From positions 192,001 to 256,000 of the forward strand of contig JAXGPF010000006.1 of assembly GCA_040767085.1 (NCBI GenBank): a stretch of DNA of 64,000 nt. Reading direction: 5' to 3'. The position numbers and the translations under genes are program-made. Shown here piece by piece: positions 1 to 9,136 of this stretch. The DNA comes from Kiritimatiellia bacterium. GTDB taxonomy: Bacteria > Verrucomicrobiota > Kiritimatiellia > JAAZAB01. The notes beneath the pieces are model-generated. The model was not told the origin of the DNA. It saw only the letters and a list, made by a program, of their open reading frames with translations, and ran no database searches. The first letter of the stretch is position 1; every line of letters starts with the position of its first letter.

Positions 1-425
1 GCGTCTTGATTGCCTTTTTTGCTGCTTTCAAGATTGTTCGCCCAAGGTACTTCAGTGTATCCACGACGTTTGAAAAGGTGGGTTAATGCGCAATGTAGTT
101 CTCCTGGAGCGAGTTTTTCGCCGGCTATAGCGCGAGTTCTGAGTGTGATTGGATCATCTGGCATAATAGCGGGACGCGTTAACCCGAGACGAACCAATTC
201 GCTGGCAAACCATTCCTGGCGATGTTTCCTGCTACGCAGTGTACGGCGTTGTTGTCGGAAAAGCCGGCGCTGTTTTAAATCCGACGTTTCGCTTGGGCAA
301 ATCAGAACACCTGAATCCAAAATATTACTCCCACGGCGTACTGCCCAACCAATTGAGCCGGTTCCAACATCAAATCCAAATACTAAACCTTCGGCAAATG
401 AGTTCAGTTGACGCGAGGGGTTCAC
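1..425 (-). CDS. cas9: Type II CRISPR nuclease Cas9, N-terminal 141 codons (runs off the left edge of the window)
   Basis: Translated by hand from GTG at 425 (AGGAG 8 nt upstream, in-frame TAA further upstream): MNPSRQLNSFAEGLVFGFDVGTGSIGWAVRRGSNILDSGVLICPSETSDLKQRRLFRQQRRTLRSRKHRQEWFASELVRLGLTRPAIMPDDPITLRTRAIAGEKLAPGELHCALTHLFKRRGY... This contains the RuvC-I motif (GFDVGTGSIGWAV), an Arg-rich bridge helix and the REC-start motif PxxLR...ALxHLxKRRGY. The frame is open to position 1. Confidence 0.93.
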   Translation of the reverse strand, partial: MNPSRQLNSFAEGLVFGFDVGTGSIGWAVRRGSNILDSGVLICPSETSDLKQRRLFRQQRRTLRSRKHRQEWFASELVRLGLTRPAIMPDDPITLRTRAIAGEKLAPGELHCALTHLFKRRGYTEVPWANNLESSKKGNQD

Positions 426-471
426 TTTGAATACTCCTGTATCGTATTAAGTACGCGGGGAACTTTTTAAA

Positions 472-500
472 ATGATATGCCATAATTTACAAGATGCCAA
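472..500 (-). promoter_or_regulatory. Putative sigma70 promoter of cas9
   Basis: Minus strand reads TTGGCA (500-495), 17 nt, TATCAT (477-472); about 46 nt upstream of the GTG start. Confidence 0.55.
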
Positions 501-625
501 GGAAAAACGAAAAAAACATGGGCACGGGACATTATTATTGATAAACGTTATATTTTAGTAACAGAATTATTTTTTTATTGCATATAAACATATCTCTTGT
601 GGATATATTCCGCAACATTCCCGGT

Positions 626-821
626 AATTCCGGCGGGGTGCTGCCAGCACCCAAGCCGGAATTGATGCGCCGCGTGTTGAATTCCGTTGCCCGAATGGAT
701 TTGAAAAAGCAAGGTAAGTTTTGGGTGAATGCGGGTGCGCCGCGCGCCAAACGCCCTAAAATCACCGCCGCCTTTTTCAAACGGAATGCACCACGCGCGT
801 CAATAAGCATTGGCGCATCAA
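626..821. other. Self-complementary non-coding region upstream of cas9 (candidate structured RNA or MITE)
   Basis: Hairpin 626-663 (AATTCCGGC..GGGTGCT/AGCACCC..GCCGGAATT), followed by a long imperfect stem: 661-688 pairs with 780-804 and 701-709 pairs with 772-780. Confidence 0.4.
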
Positions 822-943
822 AGGATTTGCCTTACACCCAAGAACATATCTGGATTTTGCGCCGCGAAGGTCTGGCACGGGGCCAAATGGCAATGGTGAC
901 GTAGTACGCTGATGCATTAAGCGCTGGCCTACGCCGCCACGCG

Positions 944-2185
944 TCAAAGATCTGCCGCCATGGTTTTAACGCGCTTTTTTTCCATCAGGCGCATGGCCCA
1001 GAAAAAATTGCGGCCGATATGGAAGCAGTTTTTCCGGCTGGTGCCCTTGGCGCGGTTGACGGGCCGGCCGGCGCGGTCCAACAAGGCATACCATTCGCCG
1101 TATTCTGGATCGGCGAAATGTTCGAAGCTGTAGGCGTGGGTTTGCCGGTAGGCTTCCCAGTACCAGACGTCGCCGGACGCCCGATAAGCCAGCAGCAGTC
1201 CATAAAGCGCTTCCGCATGCTGCCACCAGAGTTTGGCATCGGCCAACAAAGCCCCGGCGCCGGGAATGGGCAAGCCGGCGGCATCCACGTCATTGAATAT
1301 TCCGCCGTATTCCTTGTCCCACCCCCATTCGAATCCCCAGCGAATCCAGTCCAGTCCGGCGTTTTTCAGGATTTGATCATGGCGATGCCAGGCTTCATGG
1401 ATCAAGAAAATACCGCCTTCGATCATGTGGCCTGGATTGACCCAGCGCCCCATCCAGCCCGGCGCCAGCGCGCCATCGTCCCAACCCACCGTTTCCAGCA
1501 CCAGCCGGCGGTCGGGTTTTTGATGGAATTGCAGCATGTATTTGATGCACGCATCTGTCCGCGGACGGTCGGCCGGCTCCTCCCGGAAAAGGCGCAATTG
1601 CTGCAGCACATTCAAGACGATCATCGCATGGCCGTGCCGCCGCATCTTGTAAGTGCGCGGATCCCAGCCGCCGTTGCGCTGGCGGTCATCGGCATCCGTG
1701 ACGAAGCGCCAGCACACTTCAAACAAATCGCGGGCGATCCGGTATAATTTTTCGTCCGCGGTGGCACGGGCATACTCCGTAAAAGCCAGCACGGAGGAAA
1801 GCTCCGTGTAGATGTTCGCCGGCGCCTCCAATGGCGCGCCGGCGCGGGCGAGGGAATAATACATCCGGCCGGCCGGGGTAAATCCGTGCTTGAGCATGAA
1901 ATCAATTCCGGCGCGCGCCGCGGCCAGCCATTCCGGGCGGCGTTCCAGTTCGTTGTACAGGTGGGCCATGGTCCAGGCAATGCGCCCCTGGGCCCACATG
2001 CAGGGCTTGGAGTCATCGTAAACCGCGCCATCGCGATTCAGGCAGGTGTAGTAGCCGCCGGCCCCGGCATCCGGCGCAAATTTGATCCAGAACGGCAGAA
2101 TGTTTTCCAGCAATTCCCGCCGGTAGAAGGCCGCCAGATCGTTCATTTCGATTCGGGTTGGCATGGCTGGATTCGGGGCCATCAT
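944..2185 (-). CDS. AGE-family epimerase/isomerase (N-acylglucosamine 2-epimerase-like)
   Basis: ILPFW, GGYYTCLNRDG, WAQGR, NPGHMIEGG, GWDKEYGG, KLWWQHAEA, DPEYGEWY and FHIGR motifs. Start trimmed from 2287 to the ATG-ATG at 2185 (2146 is an alternative). Confidence 0.88.
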   Translation of the reverse strand: MMAPNPAMPTRIEMNDLAAFYRRELLENILPFWIKFAPDAGAGGYYTCLNRDGAVYDDSKPCMWAQGRIAWTMAHLYNELERRPEWLAAARAGIDFMLKHGFTPAGRMYYSLARAGAPLEAPANIYTELSSVLAFTEYARATADEKLYRIARDLFEVCWRFVTDADDRQRNGGWDPRTYKMRRHGHAMIVLNVLQQLRLFREEPADRPRTDACIKYMLQFHQKPDRRLVLETVGWDDGALAPGWMGRWVNPGHMIEGGIFLIHEAWHRHDQILKNAGLDWIRWGFEWGWDKEYGGIFNDVDAAGLPIPGAGALLADAKLWWQHAEALYGLLLAYRASGDVWYWEAYRQTHAYSFEHFADPEYGEWYALLDRAGRPVNRAKGTSRKNCFHIGRNFFWAMRLMEKKRVKTMAADL

Positions 2186-2402
2186 AAAAACCCCCGAATC
2201 CGTGATGGGGTTTTCACAAGATTTCCTAATACAAAGACTTATGAATTTTGATATAGCGCCAAAAAGAAAGACAGACCATGATTCCAAAAAGGCCGCCCTT
2301 TAGGTGAGGCCATTCTGCCGCATCTGCTTTGTTGGCAAGGGTTCCATGTATAAGCATACACCATCACCCTTGCCGCCGCGCATCCGCGGCATACTGACCT
2401 CA

Positions 2403-3167
2403 TCACGGATTCAGGAATTCGTAATGCATCAGGCTGAGACCGTAAAGCGCAGCCGTCTCCACCCGCAGGACCGCCCCGCCGAAGCTCACGGGAATGCCGC
2501 CGGCGGCGGTCAGCAGGGCAATTTCCGCCGGCGCCAGGTCGCCTTCCGGACCGATCACGATCATCAACGCCGCGCCGGGCGGCGCGGGGCGGGCCGCGGC
2601 CGCCGCCGCCCGAAATGGCGCCGCGCCGGGCGTCAACGCCCCGATGAAACAGCGGTGGCAGGCGCGGATTTCGGAGGATAAAGCCGGGAAGGCCGCGGGC
2701 GCGCGCACTTCGGGAATCCAGTCGGTACCGCATTGCCGGGCGGCCTCGCGGGCGATTTTACGCCAGCGTTCGGCCTTGGCCGACTGGCGCGCGGCATCGC
2801 CGGCGGCCACCACGCGTTCCGTCAACAGCGGCCAGACGGCGGCGGCGCCCAATTCCACCGCCTTCTGCACAATGCCATCCATCAAGTTATGCTTGGGCAA
2901 GGCCTGCGCCAGGATGATCCGGACGGGCGGCGGCGATTGCGTTTCCGCCGCCGCAAGGTCCAGGCGCAGGCAGGCCAGGCCGCCGCGGGCGGCGGCGATC
3001 AGGCGCGCCGGGGCGCGTCGGCCGCAACCGTCAAACACGGTCACCGGATCGCCGGGCCGGCTGCGCAACACACGCAAGAGGTGGCGCGATTCTTCCGGCG
3101 CCAGCGGCGCTTCGGCCGACCAGGCGTCCGCCGCCAGAAAACAGCGCGGGGGTGGATGGGTATGCAT
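2403..3167 (-). CDS. rsmE: 16S rRNA (uracil-1498-N3)-methyltransferase
   Basis: HLLRVLR, QKAVELG, EAARQCG, IGPEG and LRVETA motifs; lies downstream of dnaJ. Confidence 0.95.
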   Translation of the reverse strand: MHTHPPPRCFLAADAWSAEAPLAPEESRHLLRVLRSRPGDPVTVFDGCGRRAPARLIAAARGGLACLRLDLAAAETQSPPPVRIILAQALPKHNLMDGIVQKAVELGAAAVWPLLTERVVAAGDAARQSAKAERWRKIAREAARQCGTDWIPEVRAPAAFPALSSEIRACHRCFIGALTPGAAPFRAAAAAARPAPPGAALMIVIGPEGDLAPAEIALLTAAGGIPVSFGGAVLRVETAALYGLSLMHYEFLNP

Positions 3168-3178
3168 ATCTTGTGAGT

Positions 3179-3322
3179 TGCTTTCAAAAGCCAGATTTTG
3201 AAAGCAGCATTCAGTAGACAGCAGTCAGTGGTCAGAATAAAGAAGTGTTCGGGATTCGGTGTTCAGTGTTCGGTGTTCGGTTATCCTGAATTCTGAATTC
3301 TTTCAAAACGTGAGTTTTGAAA
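3179..3322. repeat. Heptamer tandem arrays (CAGnnnn and CRGTGTT) bracketed by two TTTCAAAA/TTTTGAAA hairpins
   Basis: Hairpin 3179-3206 (11-bp stem); five CAGnnnn units 3205-3239; six CRGTGTT-like units 3243-3284; CTGAATT x2 at 3286-3299; hairpin 3301-3322 (9-bp stem, GTGA loop). Confidence 0.85.
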
Positions 3323-3359
3323 TTGGTTCTGCCATTTGGCAAGATCAACCCTGCCGGCG

Positions 3360-4538
3360 TCAGCCATGTTGGGCGCTGTCCGCAAACGCCCGGGCTTTCT
3401 TCTGAAATTGGGCGATTTCAGGATAATTATTCTCGTTGCAGGTGTCTAAAAATTCCTTCAGGCGCTTTTTCTGGGTGCTGGAGAGGTTCTTGGGAACTTC
3501 CAGGTAAACACGGGCGTGCAGGTCGCCGCGGCCATGCTCGCCCAAAAGCGGCATGCCTTTGCCGCGCAGCCGGAACACCCGGCCGCTTTCGGTGCCGGGA
3601 TTGATCCGGAGCCTGGCCATACCTTCCAAGGTCGGCACGGATACCTCGCCGCCGGTCAACGCCGCTTCCAGCGGCATGGGCACCTCGCAAAACAAGTCCG
3701 CGCCCTGGCGCTGGAAAATATTATGCGGACGCACATGCAGCACGACGTACAAATCGCCGGACGGGCCGCCCCGCATCCCGCCTTCGCCCTTCCCCGCCAG
3801 CCGCAGGCGCGACCCGGTTTCCACTCCGGCCGGAATTTTCAAGGTCAGCCGCCGGCGGGTTTTCTCCAGGCCGGTGCCGCCGCATTGCACGCAGGGATGG
3901 GTGATAATCTCGCCTTTGCCGTTGCAGGATGGGCAATCCTGCTGCACGCGGAAAAATCCGCTGGCAGCGACGATCACGCCGCTTCCACGGCAATGGCGGC
4001 AAACTTCTTTTTTCCGGCCCGGCTCGGAACCGGTGCCGCGGCAGGCGCGGCATTCTTCCGTAGCCGGCAGCGTAATCTCCTGCTCGGCGCCGAAAGCCGC
4101 TTCTTCAAAACCGATTTCGAGATCGAACCGCAGGTCGGCGCCGCGCGCCGGCCGGGTGCCGCCCGGGCCGGAACGCCGGCTGCCGCCGGTGCGGCCGAAG
4201 AATTCGTCGAAAATGCCGCCGCCGCCGAACAGGTCACCGAAAATATCCTGCAAATCGGAGACATGCGTGAAATCCCGCGAAAAATCGAATCCGCCGGGGC
4301 CGAACGCGGACTTCAAGCCATCATGGCCGTACTGATCGTACTGGCGGCGTTTCTGCTCGTCGCTCAGCACTTCGTAGGCTTCGGAGACTTCCTTGAATTT
4401 TTCCTCCGCCTCCTTGTTCCCGGCGTTTTTGTCGGGGTGATATTTCATCGCCAGGCGGCGATAAGCCTTCTTGATATCGTCTGACGGGGCATTGCGCGCA
4501 ACGCCCAGCACCTCGTAATAATCCCGTTTCCCAGCCAC
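3360..4538 (-). CDS. dnaJ: Molecular chaperone DnaJ
   Basis: J-domain with HPD, G/F-rich linker, four CxxCxGxG repeats and the C-terminal domain. Confidence 0.98.
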   Translation of the reverse strand: MAGKRDYYEVLGVARNAPSDDIKKAYRRLAMKYHPDKNAGNKEAEEKFKEVSEAYEVLSDEQKRRQYDQYGHDGLKSAFGPGGFDFSRDFTHVSDLQDIFGDLFGGGGIFDEFFGRTGGSRRSGPGGTRPARGADLRFDLEIGFEEAAFGAEQEITLPATEECRACRGTGSEPGRKKEVCRHCRGSGVIVAASGFFRVQQDCPSCNGKGEIITHPCVQCGGTGLEKTRRRLTLKIPAGVETGSRLRLAGKGEGGMRGGPSGDLYVVLHVRPHNIFQRQGADLFCEVPMPLEAALTGGEVSVPTLEGMARLRINPGTESGRVFRLRGKGMPLLGEHGRGDLHARVYLEVPKNLSSTQKKRLKEFLDTCNENNYPEIAQFQKKARAFADSAQHG

Positions 4539-4541
4539 GCT

Positions 4542-5975
4542 TTACTCCTCCCGATGTAACACCAGCAAAGTCATATCATCGTATTGCGGCACGTCCCGCA
4601 CAAAATCCAACAGGCTGGCCCGCACGGCCGTCACCATCTCCGCGGCCGCGCCGGCCGCGCTGCGCACCGCCGCCTGCTCCAGATTGGATTCGCCCCATTC
4701 CTCACGCCGGCTGTTGATAGCCTCCACGACGCCGTCGGTATAAGCCAGCAGGGTATCGCCCGGCCGCAACTGGAATTCGGCCTCCTCCAGGCAGGTATTG
4801 AAAGTCTCGATATCCGCCAGCCCGACGGCAATGCCGGGCGCGTCCAGCGTCTCGGCCCGCGGGGCGCCGGACCGGACCAGCAAGGGGCGCGGATGGCCGG
4901 CCCGCGCCATGGTCACCGTGTAATCCCGCGTGTCCATGACCAGGTAAAGCATGCTGATAAACATGTCCTCCTGGATATCCTCCGAAATCACCCTGTTGAC
5001 CGCCTGCAAGACCTGTGCCGGATGCAGACAGCCGGGGGCATTGGACCGGAACACGCTCCGGCAGATGGACATGAAAATCGCCCCGGCCACACCCTTGCCG
5101 GAAACATCCGCGATCACCATGCCAGCGTGGTGCTCGTCCACTTGAACAAAATCATAGTAATCCCCGCCAACCTCCCGCGCCGGCAGGCTGAAGGCGGCGC
5201 AATCCATGCCGGCAATCGCGGGAATCTTCGCCGGGAGCAGGTTTTTCTGGATCTTGCGGGAAACCTGCAAATCGGCATCCTGCACGCGTTTCTTGTCCAA
5301 CTCGGCATTAAACCTGGCGAAGTACACCGTAATGGACGCCTGGTCGGCCAGCGCCTGCAAAAGGTTCAAGTCTGACTGGATGAAAGGGGTGTCGTCAATC
5401 CGGTTGACCAGCGCCAAAACTCCCAGGACCGACCGCTTAAACCGCATGGGCACCAGCAACAATGTGCGAATCTGCAGCATGGGATTATCGAAGTGCGGCA
5501 CCCGTGCATCGCGTTCGGCGTCGGAAATCAGCAACGGCAGGTTATGCGCCGCAACCTTGCCGATCAAGCCCTCGCCCATGACCGCGCGGCGTTCCCGCAC
5601 CAGCGCCTCCAACCGGCCGGCATCCAGCGCGGCGGGCATGGCCAGCACATCGCCCGCTTCCGCCAGCGGAGGGAACAAGCCGGAGATCGCCCGCACGCCC
5701 AGCACGCCTTCGCCCGGCTCCAGGAAATACACTGCGCCGGCCCGCGCCTTGGCGGCTTGCTGCGCGTAAAACAGGATGCGGCGCAGGAGGGTGTCGATCT
5801 GCGCGTCGGCGCTCTCGGTAAACACCTCGCTGACGTCATGCACGAAATTGTAAATGACGTCTTTCTCGTTCAGCAGGCTGTCCCGTTCAAGGCGCAGGCG
5901 GCGCAAGCGCCAGAGGCACAAGGCCGCCAACACCACGAACGACCAGCAAATCCAATGATTGGCGAGAAAACCCAT
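4542..5975 (-). CDS. GAF domain + SpoIIE/PP2C serine phosphatase (RsbU-like) with an N-terminal TM helix
   Basis: VGGDYYD, IADVSGKG, YTDGVVEA and DDMT motifs; GAF region; ATG at 5975 preceded by AAGGA. Confidence 0.9.
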   Translation of the reverse strand: MGFLANHWICWSFVVLAALCLWRLRRLRLERDSLLNEKDVIYNFVHDVSEVFTESADAQIDTLLRRILFYAQQAAKARAGAVYFLEPGEGVLGVRAISGLFPPLAEAGDVLAMPAALDAGRLEALVRERRAVMGEGLIGKVAAHNLPLLISDAERDARVPHFDNPMLQIRTLLLVPMRFKRSVLGVLALVNRIDDTPFIQSDLNLLQALADQASITVYFARFNAELDKKRVQDADLQVSRKIQKNLLPAKIPAIAGMDCAAFSLPAREVGGDYYDFVQVDEHHAGMVIADVSGKGVAGAIFMSICRSVFRSNAPGCLHPAQVLQAVNRVISEDIQEDMFISMLYLVMDTRDYTVTMARAGHPRPLLVRSGAPRAETLDAPGIAVGLADIETFNTCLEEAEFQLRPGDTLLAYTDGVVEAINSRREEWGESNLEQAAVRSAAGAAAEMVTAVRASLLDFVRDVPQYDDMTLLVLHREE

Positions 5976-5979
5976 GCTG

Positions 5980-6519
5980 TCAGTCCTTGCCTTGAGCGTC
6001 CCGGCGGAGATAATCAATCACATCCTTGAATTTCATCAAGTTCGCCGGATCGGCATCGATGAGCGTGTCGTGCGCCTCCAGCATGTCCCGCGCCGCCGCC
6101 TGCCGGTCCTGTACGGCATGCAGCAGCGGGCAATACTCCGTCGTACGGCGCAGCAATTCGCGCAGTTCATCCGGCGTCGCGCCGGCCAAGTAACATTGCA
6201 GGATGCGGTCCACCCCCAGTGTCTGGAGGATATCCCGGTTCTTCTCTCCGAGATTCAGCACAAACACCCCGGCGCCGCCGCGCTGCTTCAGGCGCGCCGC
6301 CAGGCCGGTCATCACGCCGATGAAAGTGCTGTCCATCGTTTCGCAATTCTCCATGTCCAGCGCCAGCCGGCGGCAGCCATGCTGCATAGCGCTGACGCCA
6401 AATTGCTTCAAGTCCGCGGCAACGGCAAAAGTCGCCCGGCCGAAAATCCGGATGATCGCCGTCTCGGCGGCCAGGGCGGCGTCCATCCGCGCCGCATTGC
6501 TTTTTTGCAGATCGCTCAT
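5980..6519 (-). CDS. STAS-domain anti-sigma-factor antagonist
   Basis: LDMENCETMDSTFIG motif with the phosphorylatable Ser; C-terminal MLEAHDTLI...FKDV; adjacent to the RsbU-like phosphatase. Start trimmed to ATG 6519. Confidence 0.85.
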   Translation of the reverse strand: MSDLQKSNAARMDAALAAETAIIRIFGRATFAVAADLKQFGVSAMQHGCRRLALDMENCETMDSTFIGVMTGLAARLKQRGGAGVFVLNLGEKNRDILQTLGVDRILQCYLAGATPDELRELLRRTTEYCPLLHAVQDRQAAARDMLEAHDTLIDADPANLMKFKDVIDYLRRDAQGKD

Positions 6520-6556
6520 AAATTCAAAGCGGCCGGCGCCCGGACACTGCCGGCTA

Positions 6557-7288
6557 TTATTCCACGCTCCCGGTCTCTCCCGCGCCGCTCCGCGCCTCCG
6601 CTGAGTCCGCCGGCGCAACCACCAAAACGATTTCGCCTTTCAGGCGCCGCCCCGCAAAACGCTCCGCCAACTGCGCCAGCAACTCCCCCGCCGTTCCCCA
6701 CTGGCACTCTTCGTTCAGCTTGGTCAATTCGCGCGCCACGCACATCGGCCGCGCCGGCAGCAACTCCCGGAGTTCCTCCAGCAGCGCCGCCAACCGGTAG
6801 GGCGACTCGAACAATACCACCGGCAAATCCATCGCCAGCAATGCCTCCAGGCGCCGGCGCCGCGCGCCCGGCTTGCGCGGCAAAAATCCTTCCATGGCAT
6901 ACCCGCCGCCCCCGTACCCGCTCAGGGCCAGCGCCGCCGTCACGGCAGAGGGGCCGGGAATCACCGTCAAATAAACGCCCGCCCCCCGGCAAACGCGCGC
7001 CAGGCGCGCGCCGGGATCGGAAACGCCCGGCATACCGGCATTGGTCACCAGAGCGCAAATCCGCCCGGCCCGCGCCTGGCCGATGACAAAATGCGCGCGC
7101 GAATTTTCGTTAAACCGGTGGCAACTGACCAGGCGGCCGCGAATCTGGTAGTGGGTCAGCAAATGCCGCGTGTGCCGGGTATCCTCCGCCAGGATATAAT
7201 CCGCCCCGCGCAGCGTTTCCAGCGCCCGCATGCTGATATCCTGCAGGTTGCCGATCGGCGTGCCGACAATATACAAACCCGGCTGCAT
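6557..7288 (-). CDS. rsmI: 16S rRNA (cytidine-1402-2'-O)-methyltransferase
   Basis: LYIVGTPIGNLQDIS, AEDTRHT, GMPGVSDPG, FESPYR and RELTK motifs. Confidence 0.96.
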   Translation of the reverse strand: MQPGLYIVGTPIGNLQDISMRALETLRGADYILAEDTRHTRHLLTHYQIRGRLVSCHRFNENSRAHFVIGQARAGRICALVTNAGMPGVSDPGARLARVCRGAGVYLTVIPGPSAVTAALALSGYGGGGYAMEGFLPRKPGARRRRLEALLAMDLPVVLFESPYRLAALLEELRELLPARPMCVARELTKLNEECQWGTAGELLAQLAERFAGRRLKGEIVLVVAPADSAEARSGAGETGSVE

Positions 7289-7492
7289 CGCCGGCCCCCC
7301 CTTGATTCGCCGCCGCGCGCCCCATGCGCCGCCGCGCCGTCATGCAAAGCAAAGGCTATATATACCTTTTGCGCCGGGGTTTGACAATATGTTTTTTGAC
7401 ACCGCAGCCGCAGCCACAAGCCGCCCGCAGCGCCTGAAGCTCAATACACGCAAAAGGCGTGTCCGGCCGGCGGGAAGTTGTGAATCAAGCCG

Positions 7493-9094
7493 CTACAAAT
7501 CCTCGATGCTGCGGATCAATTGGTTGACGACTTCCTGATCGGTTTTGGGGTTGAAAAACACGGCTTTCCAGGCCGGCACGCTGATGCCCCGCGGATAATA
7601 GCCCATGGCGGTGGTGAAACTCAGGCGCGCGTCAATCTCCGGATTCAACGCCGCTTTGCGTTTGTCAAACAGCCGGCGCGTTTCCTGGAAGTAGCGCTGG
7701 CAGGTTTCCGCCGACAATTCGCCCTTGACCATTTTAGCGTAAATACTCCTGGCATCGCGCCCCTTGGGCAATACCCACCAGTTGACATGCGGCCCCAAAC
7801 ATCCCGTATTCAAGACCTTGCAGTAATCCAAAGCCTCGATCTGCCGTTTCAAGCTGCCGGCCAGCGTCAGCGCGTGCGCCACCAGCATCTGGTAGCCAAT
7901 CAACCCAATTCCGTCCAAGCTGGCCATGACGGAATAAGGGCCCAGCGCCGGGCGCGAGCATTCCAGCGTGAAGAGCGCCGGGTCGTGCCGGTAATCCGCT
8001 TCGGAAAAATACGGGACCTGCTCCTTTTGCCGCAACAACAGTTTCAAGTCATCGCGGTTGCGCACGATAAACGCGCTGGCGGGGTAATGCCCCCATCCCA
8101 TTTTATGAAAATCAATCGTCGCCGAGTCGGCATATTGCATCCCCAGCGCCTGCTTTTGAATGCAACGCACATTCGCCAGAACATCGTCCGCCAAGCCAAA
8201 ATTGTTGGCGGCACAGTCATATTCATTCAGGAAACACAGCGACCAGCCCGCCGCACCATCCACATGCAACTGCGGCACGGGCTTGCCGGCAGTCTTGGCC
8301 TTGTCCTCGATGATTTGCCGGATGCCGGCAATGTCGTCAATCCCCGAGGCATCGGTGCTGCCGAAGGTGGCGATCACAAACGCCACCAGGGCGTCGCCAG
8401 CATAGAGTTCATCCAGTTTCCGCGCCAGACAATCCAAATCCATGCCGCAGGCATCATGGGTGGGAATGCTGACCAGGTTTTCCGTCCCCATGCCCAGCCA
8501 GCCTGCCAGGGTTTCGTTGGAATAATGCGCGGCCTGGGAGACAATCCCAACCAGCCGCCTGCCGCGCAAACCCAGACGGATGGTGTCAGGCAGAACTTTC
8601 TCGATGCCGATCTTGCCGCCGTAAAGATTGGAGATGGTGCCGCCTATGGTAAAGATGCCCCAAGGATTGCTGATATGATAAAACACCAGGTTGGCCAAGG
8701 TGGTGATGGCTTTCACCTCCAACTCATTGGAACGCTGACTGTAGGTGTCCACGCACAGATTGGGATTCTTGAGCAGACAGGCCATGGCGCCGATCAGCGA
8801 AGCGTAATTGGCCGGCCCTTTCACGTTTTCCAGGTGCAGCCTGGAATACCAGCCGTCGGTGCCCCAGAAATAAGGAAAGACCGAGTCGCGGGCATCCTTC
8901 AAATTGCCAGGCAGGGTGTGAATTTCCGGGTTGTTTTGCGCAGTTTCATAGTTGCGCGACATGATATCCGGCACGGCTATTTTTTCTTCAGCCTCCATGG
9001 TGTTGAGATATTCGCCCAGGATGCCCAGCACTTCCGCCTTGTTGCAGGTGAAAAAATTATTAATAATTGAATCCAAATTGTATTGCGCGTGCAT
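7493..9094 (-). CDS. Group II pyridoxal-dependent decarboxylase (substrate unknown)
   Basis: GGTISNL, AHYS, GSTD..GIDD, LHVDGAAG and SATIDFHK (PLP lysine) motifs; AGGAG upstream of ATG 9094. Confidence 0.88.
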   Translation of the reverse strand: MHAQYNLDSIINNFFTCNKAEVLGILGEYLNTMEAEEKIAVPDIMSRNYETAQNNPEIHTLPGNLKDARDSVFPYFWGTDGWYSRLHLENVKGPANYASLIGAMACLLKNPNLCVDTYSQRSNELEVKAITTLANLVFYHISNPWGIFTIGGTISNLYGGKIGIEKVLPDTIRLGLRGRRLVGIVSQAAHYSNETLAGWLGMGTENLVSIPTHDACGMDLDCLARKLDELYAGDALVAFVIATFGSTDASGIDDIAGIRQIIEDKAKTAGKPVPQLHVDGAAGWSLCFLNEYDCAANNFGLADDVLANVRCIQKQALGMQYADSATIDFHKMGWGHYPASAFIVRNRDDLKLLLRQKEQVPYFSEADYRHDPALFTLECSRPALGPYSVMASLDGIGLIGYQMLVAHALTLAGSLKRQIEALDYCKVLNTGCLGPHVNWWVLPKGRDARSIYAKMVKGELSAETCQRYFQETRRLFDKRKAALNPEIDARLSFTTAMGYYPRGISVPAWKAVFFNPKTDQEVVNQLIRSIEDL

Positions 9095-9136
9095 GCTGCA
9101 TCTCCTTTTTAACGCCATCATATTGCCGACCGACCA

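Noticed and set aside
10-430. Plus-strand ORFs 10-411 and 239-430
   Set aside because: They are antisense shadows of the Cas9 frame, which has the motifs, RBS and promoter.
535-904. ORFs 578-904 (+) and 535-810 (-) as protein genes
   Set aside because: No recognisable motifs, no convincing RBS, and the region is better explained as structured non-coding DNA. A small protein cannot be fully excluded.
3205-3300. Heptamer arrays (here and at 61668-62269) as CRISPR arrays
   Set aside because: They are 7-nt tandem units without unique spacers. No CRISPR repeat-spacer array was seen anywhere in the window.
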